Source: the human T2T-CHM13v2.0 reference genome, Homo sapiens
Length of the DNA: 64,000 nucleotides
Assembly (NCBI RefSeq): GCF_009914755.1
Contig: NC_060935.1
Strand: one strand, 5' to 3'
Under the pieces are notes generated by a model that was not told the origin of the DNA, did no database searches, and was given only the letters and a program-made list of their open reading frames with translations. Shown in pieces: positions 42,135 to 60,004 of the stretch; the first letter of the stretch is position 1, and every line of letters starts with the position of its first letter. The position numbers and the translations under genes are program-made.

Positions 42135-45100
42135 CATGCATTTTTCCTTTAAAAATGTATATTTAACTATATTTAACTTTCTAGCTTGATAATAGATATG
42201 GATTACAGAGAATTACGATGGACTATGGCATATTTTTGGCAATTTATACATTAGTTAATATTTCTTATGTACTTTTTATTATTGGAGCTCTTGGCTATTG
42301 TATGCATCATCTGATCTAACAAACACTTTTGTGTCATTCTGAAAAGTGGGAAGAATTAGTGGTTATTTGAATTCAGCTAGAAGGGACATAGAGAATTATG
42401 GTTTATTTTCACATTAGTTATCCATCTTGGAGACATCATTTAATCCATGGTATCTTTGATCATATCTGATAGTTCTTCAGAATTAAATGTTTGTGCATCT
42501 TTTACCACTTACCAGTAAGATAGCACAGTGTTTACAGACATAGTCTTTAAACTTTAGAAGTGATACATGTTACATTTGGGGTGGATGAATTTCATCCATT
42601 TATTAGGTAAGTTGAAAACGACCAACTTTTAGTGGAGTCCGGTACATGATAAACTCATTAGCTGGTTCAGATATGTATTTATGAGACTCTGTATCTAACA
42701 CTCTTATGACACAGTGGATCCAATATTTAACTAAACATATGATGAAATGAACGTGTTCAATAGAGCCAATGGTAAGCCAAGTCATGGAAATAACAATGGA
42801 AGCCCTTAAGCATTGCTCCCTTGTTGGAAAATACAAATTTCTTTATTGTAGAAACAGTTACTGAATTGATGTTGGAATACAATGAAATAATTGAATTAAT
42901 GGACTGTAGGTCATTATGGTTGTATCTGACATAGATTCAGGCCTTGATCAAAAGCTTGTACTCTGATCTAAAACTGCAGAACCATGGTTACCTACTTTTT
43001 CAAGAATCAGAATGTCAACTTCTGTTCTTAGGCTGCCTGCCTCTGAGCCTCAGGACTTCTTGGGCATGGAATTTCTAACAGGAAAGGTAAAGCTCTTCTT
43101 TTTGGGAATGTGCTTAGGGAAGAGAACCTGGGACTGGTTCCGCCTTCATTCTGGCTTAAATATTACTTGCCTTACCTCAGTATTTCATAATGTGAAACTC
43201 ATAATTTTTGTTCAATTTATTTTAAAATTTTTCTTTTCACATTATAGGCTTTTCACATTACTTGGCTTTTAGCTACTCTTCCTTAATGACACCCAAATCT
43301 TTTCCCTCTAGGGAGTTTCTAAGGGGAAAAAAAGATGTTCAGAGAGTTTACTTCATTTGAATTTATTCCAAATAATGAAATTAACTAATATATAATGACC
43401 TTACACTCTCTTTTATTTAAAATACGATGATGTAAAAGTCATAGATTGTGTCTACACACATAAATGGAAATATTATTTTCCTGATAGAATAACCCAAGAG
43501 ATATCTGAAGAGTTAAATTTCTGCCCAAGGTAGAGCATGTCTTCATTTGGTATTTAGTCCTTTAGGTGTGGTGTTTTCTTATCATATCCTCCATGTTGCG
43601 TAAAAATGTGTTAAAGTTCTCAATTTACTGGGCTGAGGTGGGGAGATATAAAGACATGATTTTAATTAGGAAAGAAGTAGACTTGGGGGTATGATATTGG
43701 AATGATATTTGAATGACCGAAAAACTGAAGAGTTTGGCTTCTGCCTGTGAGAAAGTTCTGTAATTGTTTTTTCCATAAAGTTAAATTTCAGCATTGTCCT
43801 TGTTAGGTACAAAGCTTAATAGCTGGGCGCATGAATGTTATCATAAGTCCTCAATCACAGTAAAGTACTTATGGTTACTTCACCATAATTGAGGAAACTT
43901 TCATGTAACAAATTTTAGTGTTGGTACATTTTTGTTTACTTGTGTCACAAAATAAGGGTCTTGTCCAGTTTAATTTTCATTAATTAGGTCAATTTTTACA
44001 TAGTCATGCAATAATAATATTTTTGGTTTTTTATGAAGAAATTTTCCAGCAGGTGAGACTATTTAACTACCTTTGTATATTATGTTTAAGCATCTTTATA
44101 TTTTGGTCATCTGCTTTGGATATTGCCATACTTCTGTAACAACTGAGACAATGAGAAGCCTGTGTGGAATTGTGGAAACTGTAGCCATTAGAAATTAGTT
44201 CTATAACCCTGGATCAGTCATTCATATTTATGTGTTCTGTGATCACAAATAGATGCATGAGGTATCTACATTAACACTCAGGGAAAGAAGCATTGCTTTT
44301 CTGGATTACAGTGTGAGTATTTGAAACCAGTGACAGGAGATATTCATTGAAAATTCTTGTGATATGAGGAAATGTAGCTAATATCTTAAATACCATATGA
44401 TATTGTTGAAGGAGTTTAATTGGGAAAGTTAGCCAGGAAACATGAAAATTTTTCGGAATATACAATGTATATTTGGTTTTAGTATATAGCCTAATTTATT
44501 TTTCTTTTCTATTTGTTAAATTAAAAAAACATGTTCCATACTACATGCTTAATAAACCAATAGATTTATAATTATAATCTTAGTTTTTGAGATGTTATAT
44601 TTTATATGATATATTAATAAAAGTGTACAATTACTTTCAGATATATTTGATTAGGGAGTTTAAAATTGCAGATCATGTCAAGTGTGTTAGAATGTGAAGG
44701 AACCAATACCTTTTATATTCTGGAAGCATAATATGGGCTTTTACTTATGAATCTAAAAAATCCCAGCAAACAAACTAGTAGATAAATATGCTGAGGAAAG
44801 TACCTAGTCTATGGTCATTTAAGTAGATTTATAAAACTATGATTGTGAAATATAATATTATGGAGGTTTTTTGTTATTATGGGATTTTATCTTTTGAAAA
44901 TATCATGTTCTTAGGAAACTATGTTAAATCATTTTTTTCTAGAAAAACTTTAACTTAGCAGTTTACATTGAAAGCCTTGTAATGCTATCTTTCAGTATCT
45001 AAAGTATTCCAAATTTAATTACTTAAACTATAGAGGACGGTTTACTCACCCTATTTTTTACAAGTAAACATTTAACTTGCCAAAGGATTATCCTGTTGAA

Positions 45101-47688
45101 ATCTATTTTGATGATGGAAGAGGGAAAAGGCACTAAACCTTGCAGCAAGTAAGGTGTGAAAAAAATAACAGAATTGGCTATAGACTACATTATTCCCTTG
45201 TGTTCTTCAGCAGTTGCCTCTCTATCAGTCTATAGCTTCAACAATGACAGAACTCTGGAATCAGCTGGAAGTGGTAACATGGGGACAAGTGGAATGTTCA
45301 TCACAGCTGGCTTCTAGAGACAGCCCAAACTCTCTCTGCACACCTCCTCTTCCACTACCAGATCTATGTAAATGGAACCATCCTGTCTACATTTGAGGTT
45401 TAGTAATTCTGCAGCTTTCTTCAGCAGTGAATAATCAGAAAGTCTGGGTTTGTATCTCTACTTGTCCCATTGTTCTCTGTAATTGGTTTGTCCTTAACCG
45501 TCAGTACCAGAGAGTTAAGAGTAACAATGCATGTATTTTTTCTTTTCTTTTCTTTTTTTTTTTACTAGTATCCGGTTTGTTTTTGTTACATCTACCCCAA
45601 AAAGCCCCCTGAGTCACCCCAGGGACCGACAGGAGGTTGCACTTCGAGCATTTTCTCACTAAAAGGAATCTTTCTGAAGAGAATTTTAAAAGAATAATAA
45701 TCTCACTTAATTGTCCCATTAACCTTCTTATTGCTTGTGGATACTCATTTGTTAACTACAATTTCTTTGTTTTCTTATTTTAGCCTTCTTTTCATTCCCT
45801 GAGCTCTCTCTGATGGTGGGTCCAACTTTTTACTATAATTCTGCTTGCTTTTCACTAAGATACATTCCTTCACAGGTAAAATTACTACTCACATAATTAA
45901 ATCATTATTTTCTAAGACATACTATTTCATTGTTTGGCCACAAAAGGCCTTCCTGAATTATAGGTATCTTATCCTTATTTTTCCTAGACTATGTCTATAA
46001 ATCTTTTCAAGTTGACAGATCTGTATAATTTGTTCTGATTCTGTGTCCACAGTGAAGCATTCAAAAACAGTAATAATAGCTATCATTTATTGAGTCCTTC
46101 CCAGGTGCCAGCCAGTGTTCTAGGCACTTTACTTTGTTTTAATAAAACAACAACCCTAATAGGTAAGGGTTGTTGGGATCCTCATTTTAAAAATGATGCA
46201 ACTAAGGGATAGAGAGCTTTAGTAAATGGCCCAAACTCTCATAAAAAACGGCGAACCTGAGGTTGTAGCTGAAGTAGTGTGGCTCCAGTGTCCACATTAT
46301 TCACCACATGCTACACTTTCTCTCCAATGATGTCTTGGATCTTAAATAGGTACATACTGAATGAGACACTTATAGTCACTATTTATTCACTGTAATTATG
46401 AAACCCCGTGTCCCACTGACTACCATTTTTCATGTAAATATCATAAGGTTGGAAATTTTTATTTAATTATAAATTTATAAAAAATGAAAAACAAATTGTC
46501 AGCAGAATACCATAAAGGAGAGGTGCATGAATAGTTCTGTAGATAATTGACTAGAAAGGATTCTGAATTTCTCAAATTTAATCCCATTGTTTTCCAGTGA
46601 GTAAACTGGGACAGACTTGTAAATGCATTCAGAATCAAATCTGTGCCTTTTTACACTGAACTTGGAATTTCTCTTAGAGTATGATTCTTTTTGAAATCTT
46701 GTAACTAAGATTACATTTTTGAGTACTCTTGGTATCTAAATTGTGTTATGAATAAAACCATGTCCCTCTTTCTACAGTGTCTATTTTCTTCTATCTCACT
46801 ACCTAGCTCCTCCCAAGAATTCAGAAAAAAACACTAACTGCTTATTTGGTAGTTAGTGACAGTCATGAGTTAGTTCACTTGAGTTCAAAATTAATTGCTG
46901 AAAATTAGGATATTATATATAAGTGTTGTAAAAATTTGTGTACAGGCAAGGATAAAATGGACAGAATCACAGATCCTTATAAAGAGAACATAGAGTCACA
47001 TCAAGTAATTGCTACAGGGAACAATGTGATAAATAATGTCATAGCATTTATACAGTTCAGAGTCCTGTCTTTTGACATTTAGTGAAAGACTAATGAACAT
47101 CCTTTGAGGCATGAAGGAATGAAGTTCTAACAGTAGAAGGCCAGAGTACTGAGTGAGATATTCCGGAAGAAATTATTCTTGGTGCTATACAGATTATATT
47201 ACAAAGATACCACAAGTACAAACACAAAGGACTAAATCTATGTCAGTTTATTTATTTAGAGTTTATTACCACCACCAGAGACTAAGTTTCTTGAGATCAA
47301 GTACCCATTGCCTATTCATCACAGCTGACTTCCATGCCAAGAAAATGTTTTAAATAAGAAGTTATGAAATGTATAAATGGCTGTTGGGACTTTAACTCTT
47401 CTTCTACATAGAATATTCACCAAAACTTAGAGGTAGAAGCCTTTACCTGTGCACTGAAACTAAAATATTTGAGGAGAAATAGAATCATCAGGGCAAGATG
47501 GGCTCTTTGGGTGAGGAACTCAATAGAGACTTACCAAATATTTATTGTGTTTAAATCACTATTCAGGATACAACAATGAAGATGTGCCCTGTGACACAAT
47601 GGATGTAATCATATTCCTGGTCACTATTTCATTACAGGTCCTGTTTTCCTGAGCTCTCACCTCTGATACAAGCCTTAAAGAAGAGTAA

Positions 47689-48629
47689 ATGAGACAGAAT
47701 AACAATATTTCAGAATTTGTCCTCCTGGGCTTTTCTCAGGATCCTGGTGTGCAAAAAGCATTATTTGTCATGTTTTTACTCACACACTTGGTGACAGTGG
47801 TGGGGAACCTGCTCATTGTGGTGACTATTATTGCCAGCCCTTCCTTGGGTTCCCCGGTGTATTTCTTCCTTGCTTGCCTGTCATTTATAGATGCTGCATA
47901 TTCCACTACCATTTCTCCCAAGTTAATTGTAGACTTACTCTGTGATAAAAAGACTATTTCCTTCCCAGGTTGCATGGGCCAGCTATTTATAGACCATTTC
48001 TTTGGCAGTGCTGAGGTTTTCCTTCTGGTGGTGATGGCCTGTGATCGCTATGTGGCCATCTGTAAGCCACTGCACTATTTGACCATCATGAATCGACAGG
48101 TTTGCTTCCTTCTGTTGGTGGTGGCCATGATTGGAGGTTTTGTGCATTCTGCGTTTCAAATTGTTGTGTACAGTCTCCCTTTCTGTGGTCCCAATGTCAT
48201 TGATCATTTCGGTTGTGACATGTACCCATTACTGAAAGTGGCGTGCACTGACACCTACTTTGTAGGCCTCACTGTTGTTTTCAATAGTGGAGCAATCTGT
48301 ATGGTCATTTTCACCCTTCTGTTAATCTCCTGTGGAGTCATCCTAAACTCCCTTAAACAGTCAGGAAAAGAGGCATAAAGCCTTGTCTACCTGCAGCTCC
48401 CGCATTACCGTGGTTGCCCTCTTTTTTGTACCCTGTATTTTCATATATGTTAGACCTGTTTCAAACTTTCCTACTGATAAGTTCATGACTGTGTCTTATA
48501 CCATTATCACACACATGTTGAGTCCTTTAATATACACGTTGAGAAATTAAGAGATGAGAAATGCTATAGAAAAACTCTTGGGTAAAAAGTTAACTATATT
48601 TAGTAATAGGAGTGTCCGTCCTCATGTAG
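47689..48629 (+). pseudogene. Olfactory receptor family 4 subfamily A pseudogene (OR4A5-like)
   Basis: [42 protein letters not shown] 5-bp deletion lies at about 48357 (AAA ACT TAC AGT to AAA C AGT) and a TCA>TAA stop at 48548 in LRNS. The tail KLLGKKLTIF resembles OR4A5 as I recall it. Confidence 0.95.
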
Positions 48630-49599
48630 GTAAGGAGGTATGTAGTCAAGGTCTTCCCACTGAAGTTTTCAGGTTTCTAAGGGCAAGTCAAGGATCCCAA
48701 AGAAAGAAGACAGGATTTGGATGCTCCTAGCTCAATTACAAAGTCATCCCTTCATGACATCTGATTGAAGTTCAAGATCTCAACTTCTATATCGAGACTG
48801 AGTGCGGTTGGGGCTCCTTGGGTGCAGGTTTCATTGTGCACATTTTAAATTATGGCTTTTACTGTTTACAGATCTTTGAGACAGGGTATTTCCTCCACAT
48901 TCTCAGCACACAATGGAGAAAGGGAGGAATAGGTAATAAAATGGAAGCCCCTGTTCAGAAGGGAAGGCTGTGGTGCTTCCCTCAGTGTAAGTTTTTAAAG
49001 ATTTTGTGGAATATACAAGGACCATACTCAAAAATATCTTTGAAACTGGCCCATCTCAGACTTGGGCTGAAACTCTATATGCAGTCACATAACACTTTAA
49101 GAATCTTAGAATTCTGATTCTCTAGTTTAAGGTACTTATGAAACACACTGTTAAATTTTTCTGTAGTCTTTCTAAGTGTCATAACATCCACAACTTTCAA
49201 ATGACATTTATTTTGATGACCTTTCTTAGGTTTAGAGTACTTAGCTCTTGCAGAGACTGGAAAGGGGAACCAGTTTTATGTTTGAAACCACCAATTTCTT
49301 GTTCTTTTATGTTTCTTGTAAATTATGTCGAATATGTAACAGTTAATCTTTTCATTAGTGTTATTTATTTATTTATTTTTTATTACTTTTTATTATACTT
49401 TAAGTTTTAGGGTACATGTGCACAATGTGCAGGTTTGTTACATATGTATACATGCGCCATGTTGGTGTGCTGCACCCATTAACTTGTCATTTAACATTAG
49501 GTATATCCCTAATGGTATCCCTCCCCCCTCCCCCCACCCCATAACCCACAAAGGAAGGTGTGTGATGCTCCCCTTCCTGTGTCCATGTGTTCTCATTGT

Positions 49600-53422
<3,823 letters not shown>

Positions 53423-53485
53423 TATGACGTTAGCTGGTTATTTTGCTCGTTACTTGATGCAGTTTTTTCCTAGCCTCAGTGGTCT

Positions 53486-54502
53486 TTACGATTTGGCATG
53501 TTTTCGCAGTGGCTGGTACCAGTTTTTCCTTTCCATGTTTAGTGCTTCCTTCAGGAGCTCTTTTAGGGCAGGCCTGGTGGTGACAAAATCTCTCAGCATT
53601 TGCTTGTCTGTAAAGGATTTTATTTCTCCTTCACTTATAAAGCTTAGTTTGGCTGGATATGAAATTCTGAGTTGAATATTCTTTTCTTTAAGCATGTTGA
53701 ATATTGGCCCCCACTCTCTTCTGGCTTGTAGAGTTTCTGCTGAGAGATCTGCTGTTAGTCTGATGGGCTTCCCTTTGTGGGTAGCCTGACTTTTGTCTCT
53801 GGCTGCCCTTAACATTTTCTCCTTCATTTCAACTTTGGTAAATCTGACAACTATGTGTCTTGGAGTTGCTCTTCTTGAGGAGTATCTTTGTGCGATTCTC
53901 TGGATTTCCTGATTTTGAATGTTGGCCTGCCTTGCTAGATTGGGGAAGTTCTCCTTGATAATATCCAGCAGAGTGTTTTCCAACTTGGTTCCATTCTCCC
54001 CGTCACTCTCAGGTACATCAATCCAATGTAGATTTGGTCTTTTCACATAGTCCCATATTTCTTGGAGGCTTCATTCATTTATTTTTGTTCTTTTTTCTCT
54101 AAACTTCTCTTCTTGCTTCATTTCATTCATTTTATCTTCCATCACTGATACCCTTTCTTCCAGTTGATTGAATCAGGTACTGAGGCTTGTGCATTTGTCA
54201 TGTAGTTCTCATGCCTTGGTTTTCAGCTCCATCAGGTCCTTTGAGGACTTCTCTGCATTGGTTATTCTAGTGAGCCATTCGTCTGATTTTTTTTCAAGGT
54301 TTTTAACTTCTTTGCCATGGGTTCAAACTTCCTCCTTTAGCTCAGAGTAGTTTGATCATCTGAAGCCTTCTTCTCTCAACTCGTCAAAGTCATTCTCCAT
54401 CCAGCTTTGTTCCATTGCTAGTGAGGAGCTGTGTTCCTTTGGAGGAGGAGAGGCGCTCTGATTTTTAGAGTTTCCAGTTTTTCTGCTGTGTTTTTTCACC
54501 AT
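53486..54502 (-). pseudogene. L1 ORF1p, interrupted by stops in its N-terminal half
   Basis: 1017-nt span; the C-terminal 186 aa are open. Confidence 0.93.
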
Positions 54503-55075
54503 CTTTGTGGTTTTATCTACGTTAGGTCTTTGATGATGGTGATGTACAGATGGAGTTTTGGTTTGGATGTCCTTTCTATTTGTTAGCTTTCCTTTTAACA
54601 GTCAGGACCCTCAGCTGCATGTCTGTTGGAGTTTGCTGGAGGTCCACTCCAGACCCTGTTTGCCTGGGTATCAGCAGCGGAGGCTGCAGAACAGTGGATA
54701 TTGTTGAACAGCAAGTGTTGCTGCCTGATCGTTCCTCTGGAAGTTTTGTCTCAGAGGAGTACCCAGCCGTGTGAGGTGTCAGTCTGCCCCTACTTGGGGG
54801 TGCCTCCCAGTTAGGCTACTCGGGGGTCAGGGACTCATTGAGGAGGCAGTCTGTCTATTCTTAGATCTCCAGCTGCATGCTGGGAGAACCACTACTCCTT
54901 CAAAGCTGTCAGACAGAGACATTTAAGTCTGCAGAGGATTCTGCTGCCTTTTATTTGGCAATGCCCTGCCCCCAGAGGTGGTGTCTAGAGAGGCAGGCAG
55001 GTCTCCTTGAACTGTGGTGGGCTCCACCCAGTTCAAGCTTCCAGGCCACTTTGTTTACCTACTCAAGGCTCGGCA

Positions 55076-55258
55076 ATGGTGGCTAACCCTCCCCCAGCCT
55101 CCCTGCTGCCTTGCAGTTTGATCTCAGACTGCTGTGCTAGCAATGAGCAAGGCTCTGTGGGCTTAGGACCCTCCAAACCAGGTGTGGGATACAATCTCAT
55201 GGTGTGCCATTTGCTGAGACGGTTGGAAAAGTGCAGTATTAGGGTGGGAGTGATCTGA
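55076..55258 (+). CDS. L1 antisense ORF0 homologue, 60 aa (C-terminally truncated)
   Basis: MVANPPPASLLPCSLISDCCASNEQGSVGLGPSKPGVGYNLMVCHLLRRLEKCSIRVGVI* aligns to primate L1 ORF0 (MAGAPPPASLPPCSLISDCCASN...RVGVTRFS...). The stop is a CGA>TGA change. Expression is unknown. Confidence 0.7.
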   Translation: MVANPPPASLLPCSLISDCCASNEQGSVGLGPSKPGVGYNLMVCHLLRRLEKCSIRVGVI

Positions 55259-56863
55259 TTTTCCAGGTGCCATCTGTCACCCCTTTCTTTGACCAGGAAA
55301 GGGAATTCCCTGACCCCTTGCACTTCCCAGGTGAGGCGTTACCTCACCCTGCTTTGGCTCACACTCAGTGCGCTGCACCCAGTGTCCTGCACCCACTTTC
55401 CAACACTCCCCAGAGAGATGAACCCGGTACCTCAGTTGGGAATTCAGAAATCACCAGTCTTCTGCATTGCTCATGCTGGGAGCTGTGGACTGGAGCTCTT
55501 CCTATTCGGCCATCTTGGCTCCACCCCTCATTAGTGTTTTTTAAATATCTATGCCTTATTATATGATACACTGTTGTAAGAAACAGCTGAAATTTTCAAT
55601 ATTCTACTTGGAAATTTTTGCCATATCCACCAGTTTACTTATGTACATTTTTCATTTTCTACCTTCCTATAGGTGACAGAGGTACAAATTTTTTCAGCAC
55701 TGCATCACAAGTCAAATTTTCACAGCTTCCAGAATAGTTACTTCTGTCTTTTGAGCATTCACTTACAATGTCCTGGTGGCCCCTATTTTTGGGCACTAAA
55801 GCCAATTCCATAGACTTTAAATTGTTATGGAAACACCACGCCTTGAGATGTCACTTTTATTTTGGTTCTGTCTTCATGTACTGTGCAGGGCTCCACAGTT
55901 TTTGTGAGTTAAACAACCATCATTTCATTTTATATCAAAATTTTGTGAGCCAGGAATTCAGGTGGTTGTTGGCAGGGTGTTTCTGCTGTTTTGTGTGGCA
56001 AGGACTGAAGTCACTCTCTTATTCACCTGATAACTAAATGTTCTGTAAAAGGCAGGATAACTTAATTCATATTTATAGTATATTAGAAGGGATGACTTTA
56101 AGAGATGCACTGGGCTTTTTCTCCTATCTCTTTAGATGAAGGACCACAAGATCACTCCAGAGAATAGCCACACTTTTTGCATGGTGCTCAGAGATCTCAG
56201 TGGTAGAACATAGATGAGTTTGGCCAGGTAAGTGCTATGTCCAGAACTGGTGCAATGTCACTTGCATCATATTCTATTTGATTGAGTGATCACATGACCA
56301 CCCCACATTTGATGTTTTACAGAAATAGAAGATAACCCTTGATTGGGAAGTGGTAAAATCGTTTCACAGAGCAGCATGCAGAACAATTGTCTACATCTCA
56401 AAAGGAGCATATTGGAGTTTTATTCATTTGAAATTGGATCCGTAAATCATCTTTTACTAATAATATCTTAACAATAGTGGGTTTTCTAATTCCTGAATAC
56501 AATATATCTGTTAGGTATTTTAAATGTTTATTTTTGAAGAGTTTTGTAGTTTTTATTACGGATCTTCCTTATCTATTCCTAAGTGTTTATGTTTTCAGAT
56601 TTCATCAAAGGTTTTTCACTTAAAAAAAAATTCCAATGTCCTTGTTGCTAGTATTTATAAAGGAAATTTAACTATGTTCAATTATGTCTGTAGATTCTTT
56701 AGGGTTTTCTGAAACACTATCATATTTTCTACAGGTAAGGTTAGTTCATTACTTGGAAAGAGATAGGAGTGTGTCAGTTTCTGTTGGTGTCATTTTCAGA
56801 AGGTTGTGCTTTCCCTACATTCTACCCAATTCATCTAAGCTGTCCAATTAATTGAAATAATGC

Positions 56864-57387
56864 ATTACTGGGTATATACACAAAGGATTATAAATCATGC
56901 TGCTATAAAGACACATGCACACATATGTTTATTGTGGCACTATTCACAATAGCAAAGACTTGGAACCAACCCAAATGTCCAACAACAATAGACTGGATTA
57001 AGAAAATGTGGCACATATACACCATGGAGTTCTATGCAGCCATAAAAAATGATGAATTCATGTCCTTTGTAGGGACATGGATGAAACTGGAAACCATCAT
57101 TCTCAGCAAACTATCCCAAGGAGAGAAAACCAAACACCACATGTTCTCACTCATAGGTGGGAATTGAACAATGAGAACACATGGACACAGGAAGGGGAAC
57201 ATCACACTCCAGGGACTGTTGTGGGGTGGAGGGAGGGGGGATGGATAGCATTTGGAGATATACCTAATGCTAAATGATGAGTTAATGGATGTAGCACGCC
57301 AACATGACAAATATATACATATGTAACAAACCTGCATATTGTGCACATGTACCCAAAAACTTAAAGTATAATAAAATAAAATAAAAT
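56864..57387 (+). mobile_element. L1PA3/4-like 5'-truncated 3' end (driver of a putative transduction)
   Basis: Starts attactgggtatatac, has the AATGCTAAATGA diagnostic and a (TAAAA)n tail. Confidence 0.92.
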
Positions 57388-58264
57388 AAGAAAAAAACAA
57401 CCCCATCAAAAACTAGGCAAAGGATTTATGAACAGACACTTCACAAAAGAAGACATTTATGTGGCCAACAAATACATGAAAAAAACCTCATAATCGCTGT
57501 TCATTAGAGAAATGCAAATCAAAACCACAATGAGATACTATCTCACGCCAGTTAGAATGCCCATCATTAAAAAGTCAGGAAAGAACAGATGCTGGAGAAG
57601 ATGTGGAGAAATAGGAACACTTTTACACTGTTGGTGGGAGTGTAAATTAGTTCAACCGTTGTGGAGTACAGTGTGGTGATTCCTCAGGGATCTAGAACCA
57701 GAAATACGATTTGACCCAGCAATCCTGTTACTGGCTATATACCCAAAGGATTATAAATCATCCTATAAAGATACATGCACATGTACAATTATTGCGACAC
57801 TGTTCACAATAGCAAAGACTTGGAACCAGCCCAACTGCCTATCAATTATAGCCTGGATAAAGAAAATGTGGCACATATACACCATGGAATACTATGCAGC
57901 CATTAAAAGGATGAGTTCATGTCCTTTGTAGGGACATGGGTGAAGCTGGAAACCATCATTTTCAGCAAACTAACACAAGAACAGAAAGCCAAACACTGCA
58001 TGTTCTCACTCATAGGTGAGAGTTGAACAATGAGAACACATGGACCTGGGGAGGGGAACATCACACACAGGGGCCTGTCAGGGCGGTTGGAGGCTAGGGG
58101 AGGGATAACATTAGGAGAAATACCTAATGTAGATGACAGGGTGATGGGTGCAGCAAACCACCATGGCATGTGTATACCTATGTAACAAACCTACAAGTTC
58201 TGCACGTCTATCCCAGAACTTAAAGTATAATAAATAAATAAACTTTTTGAAACTAAAAAAAAAA
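57388..58264 (+). mobile_element. Older L1PA7-like 3' segment plus 12-nt unique flank and a second poly(A)
   Basis: Older diagnostics GTAGATGACAGG, GCAGCAAACCACCATGG, CCCAGAAC. It shares one TSD pair (GAAATAATGC at 56854-56863 and 58265-58274) with the preceding L1. Confidence 0.9.
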
Positions 58265-60004
58265 GAAATAATGCGTTTCATAACTATCCTTTTCTAACCT
58301 TCTAACTTCTAAAGGAACTTTGGGATGATTATTTGTTTTATTATTTCTGATATTGGTAATTTGGATTTCTCTTTGTTTTCTCTTGATCTCCCTTGCTAAC
58401 AGTTTATCAATTTCATTATAAAAGTAAGAATTTTTGCTATTTTTATTTTCTCTATTTTATGTTTTCCATTTTATTGGTTTTTGATCTTATGTTTATGTCC
58501 TTTTGTTTATTTACCTTGGCTCTTATTTACTCTTCTAGCTTCTTAAGGTGAAGGGTTGAATGGCTGCTTTTAAACATTTATTTTAAATGTAAGCATTTAT
58601 AGCTATACATTTTTCTTTAAGTACTGTTTTGATCAAACCTCACACATTTTGATATGTTTCTGTTATCGTTTAGTTCTAACTATTTGCTTAGCTTCATTAT
58701 ACCTTCTTCTTTGATTCATAGGTTCACTAAATATTTTTGGCATGTTTCCCAGTATTTGAAATATATTCTAGATACATTTATGAGTTACATATTTATTCAT
58801 AGCAAAATATTTCAAAACTTAGTGATTCAAACAATTTGTACTCATTCTCAATTTCTGTAGGTGAGGAAACAGTGTGGTTTAGCAGGTTCCCATGCTTCAA
58901 GGTCTCTCACAAAACTGTAATCAAGGTGCTGGTTGGGGCTACCATCTCATTTGAAGGCCTGGCTGAGGAAGGATTTACTTCCACACTAGGTGTTGGTATT
59001 AGTAGTTATTTGAATTCTGCTGGAAGGGACATAGAGAATTCGGTCTTATTTTCATATATTAGTTGTTCATCTTGGAGTCATAATTTAAACCACAGTATCT
59101 TTGATCATATCTGATAGTTCCCCAGAATTAAACATATGTTTGTGCATGCTTTACCACTTACTAGTAAGAGAGCACAATGTTGATAGATATGCTCTTCAAG
59201 TTTTAGCAATAATACATGTTATATTTGGGGTGGATGAATTTAAAACATGTATTAGGTAAGTTGAAAATGACCAACTTTTAGTGGAGCTCATTATGTGATA
59301 AACATCTTTGCTGGCTCAGATAGTTATTATTGGGACTCTTTATCTAAGGCTTTTATCACACCAATATTTAATTAACATATGATGAGATGAAGATGTTCTG
59401 TGGAGCCAATGGTAAGCCAAGTCATGGAAATAACAGTGGAAGCCCTTAAGCACTACTCCCTTGTTGGCAAATACAAATTTCTGTATTGTAGATACTGTTA
59501 TTGAATTAATATTGGAATAAAATTAAAGGATTGAATGAATGGAGTACAGATCATTATGATTTTATCTGACATAGTTTCAGGCCTTGATCAAAAGCCTGTA
59601 CTCTAACTAAAACTGCAGCACTATGATTACCTATCTTTCCAAGAATCGGAATGTCAACTTCCATTCTTAAGCTCTCTGCCTCTGAGCCTCAGGGTTTCTT
59701 GGGCACAGACTTTCTAACAGGAAGGGTGAGGCCCTCCTTACTGGGAACATTTTTAAAGAAGAGAGCCTGGGGCTGGATCTCCTTTCATTCTGGCTGAAAT
59801 ATTACTTGTCTCACCTAAATATTTCATAGTGTAAAACTCATAATTTACTATTCAATTTACTTTTGAGTTTTTCTTGTCATATTACAGGCTTTTCACATTA
59901 TTTGGCATTTAGCTACTTTTCTTTAGCAAGAGCCAAGTCTTTTTCTTCTAGGGATTTTCTTAGAAAAAAGGTTTTCAGAGAGCTTACTTCATTGAATTTG
60001 TTCC

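Noticed and set aside
55076-55182. Possible in-frame ORF0-OR fusion protein
   Set aside because: The ORF0 donor leaves 106 coding nt and the OR exon has a 51-nt leader, which is out of frame. An in-frame TAA also directly precedes the OR start codon in the visible copies.
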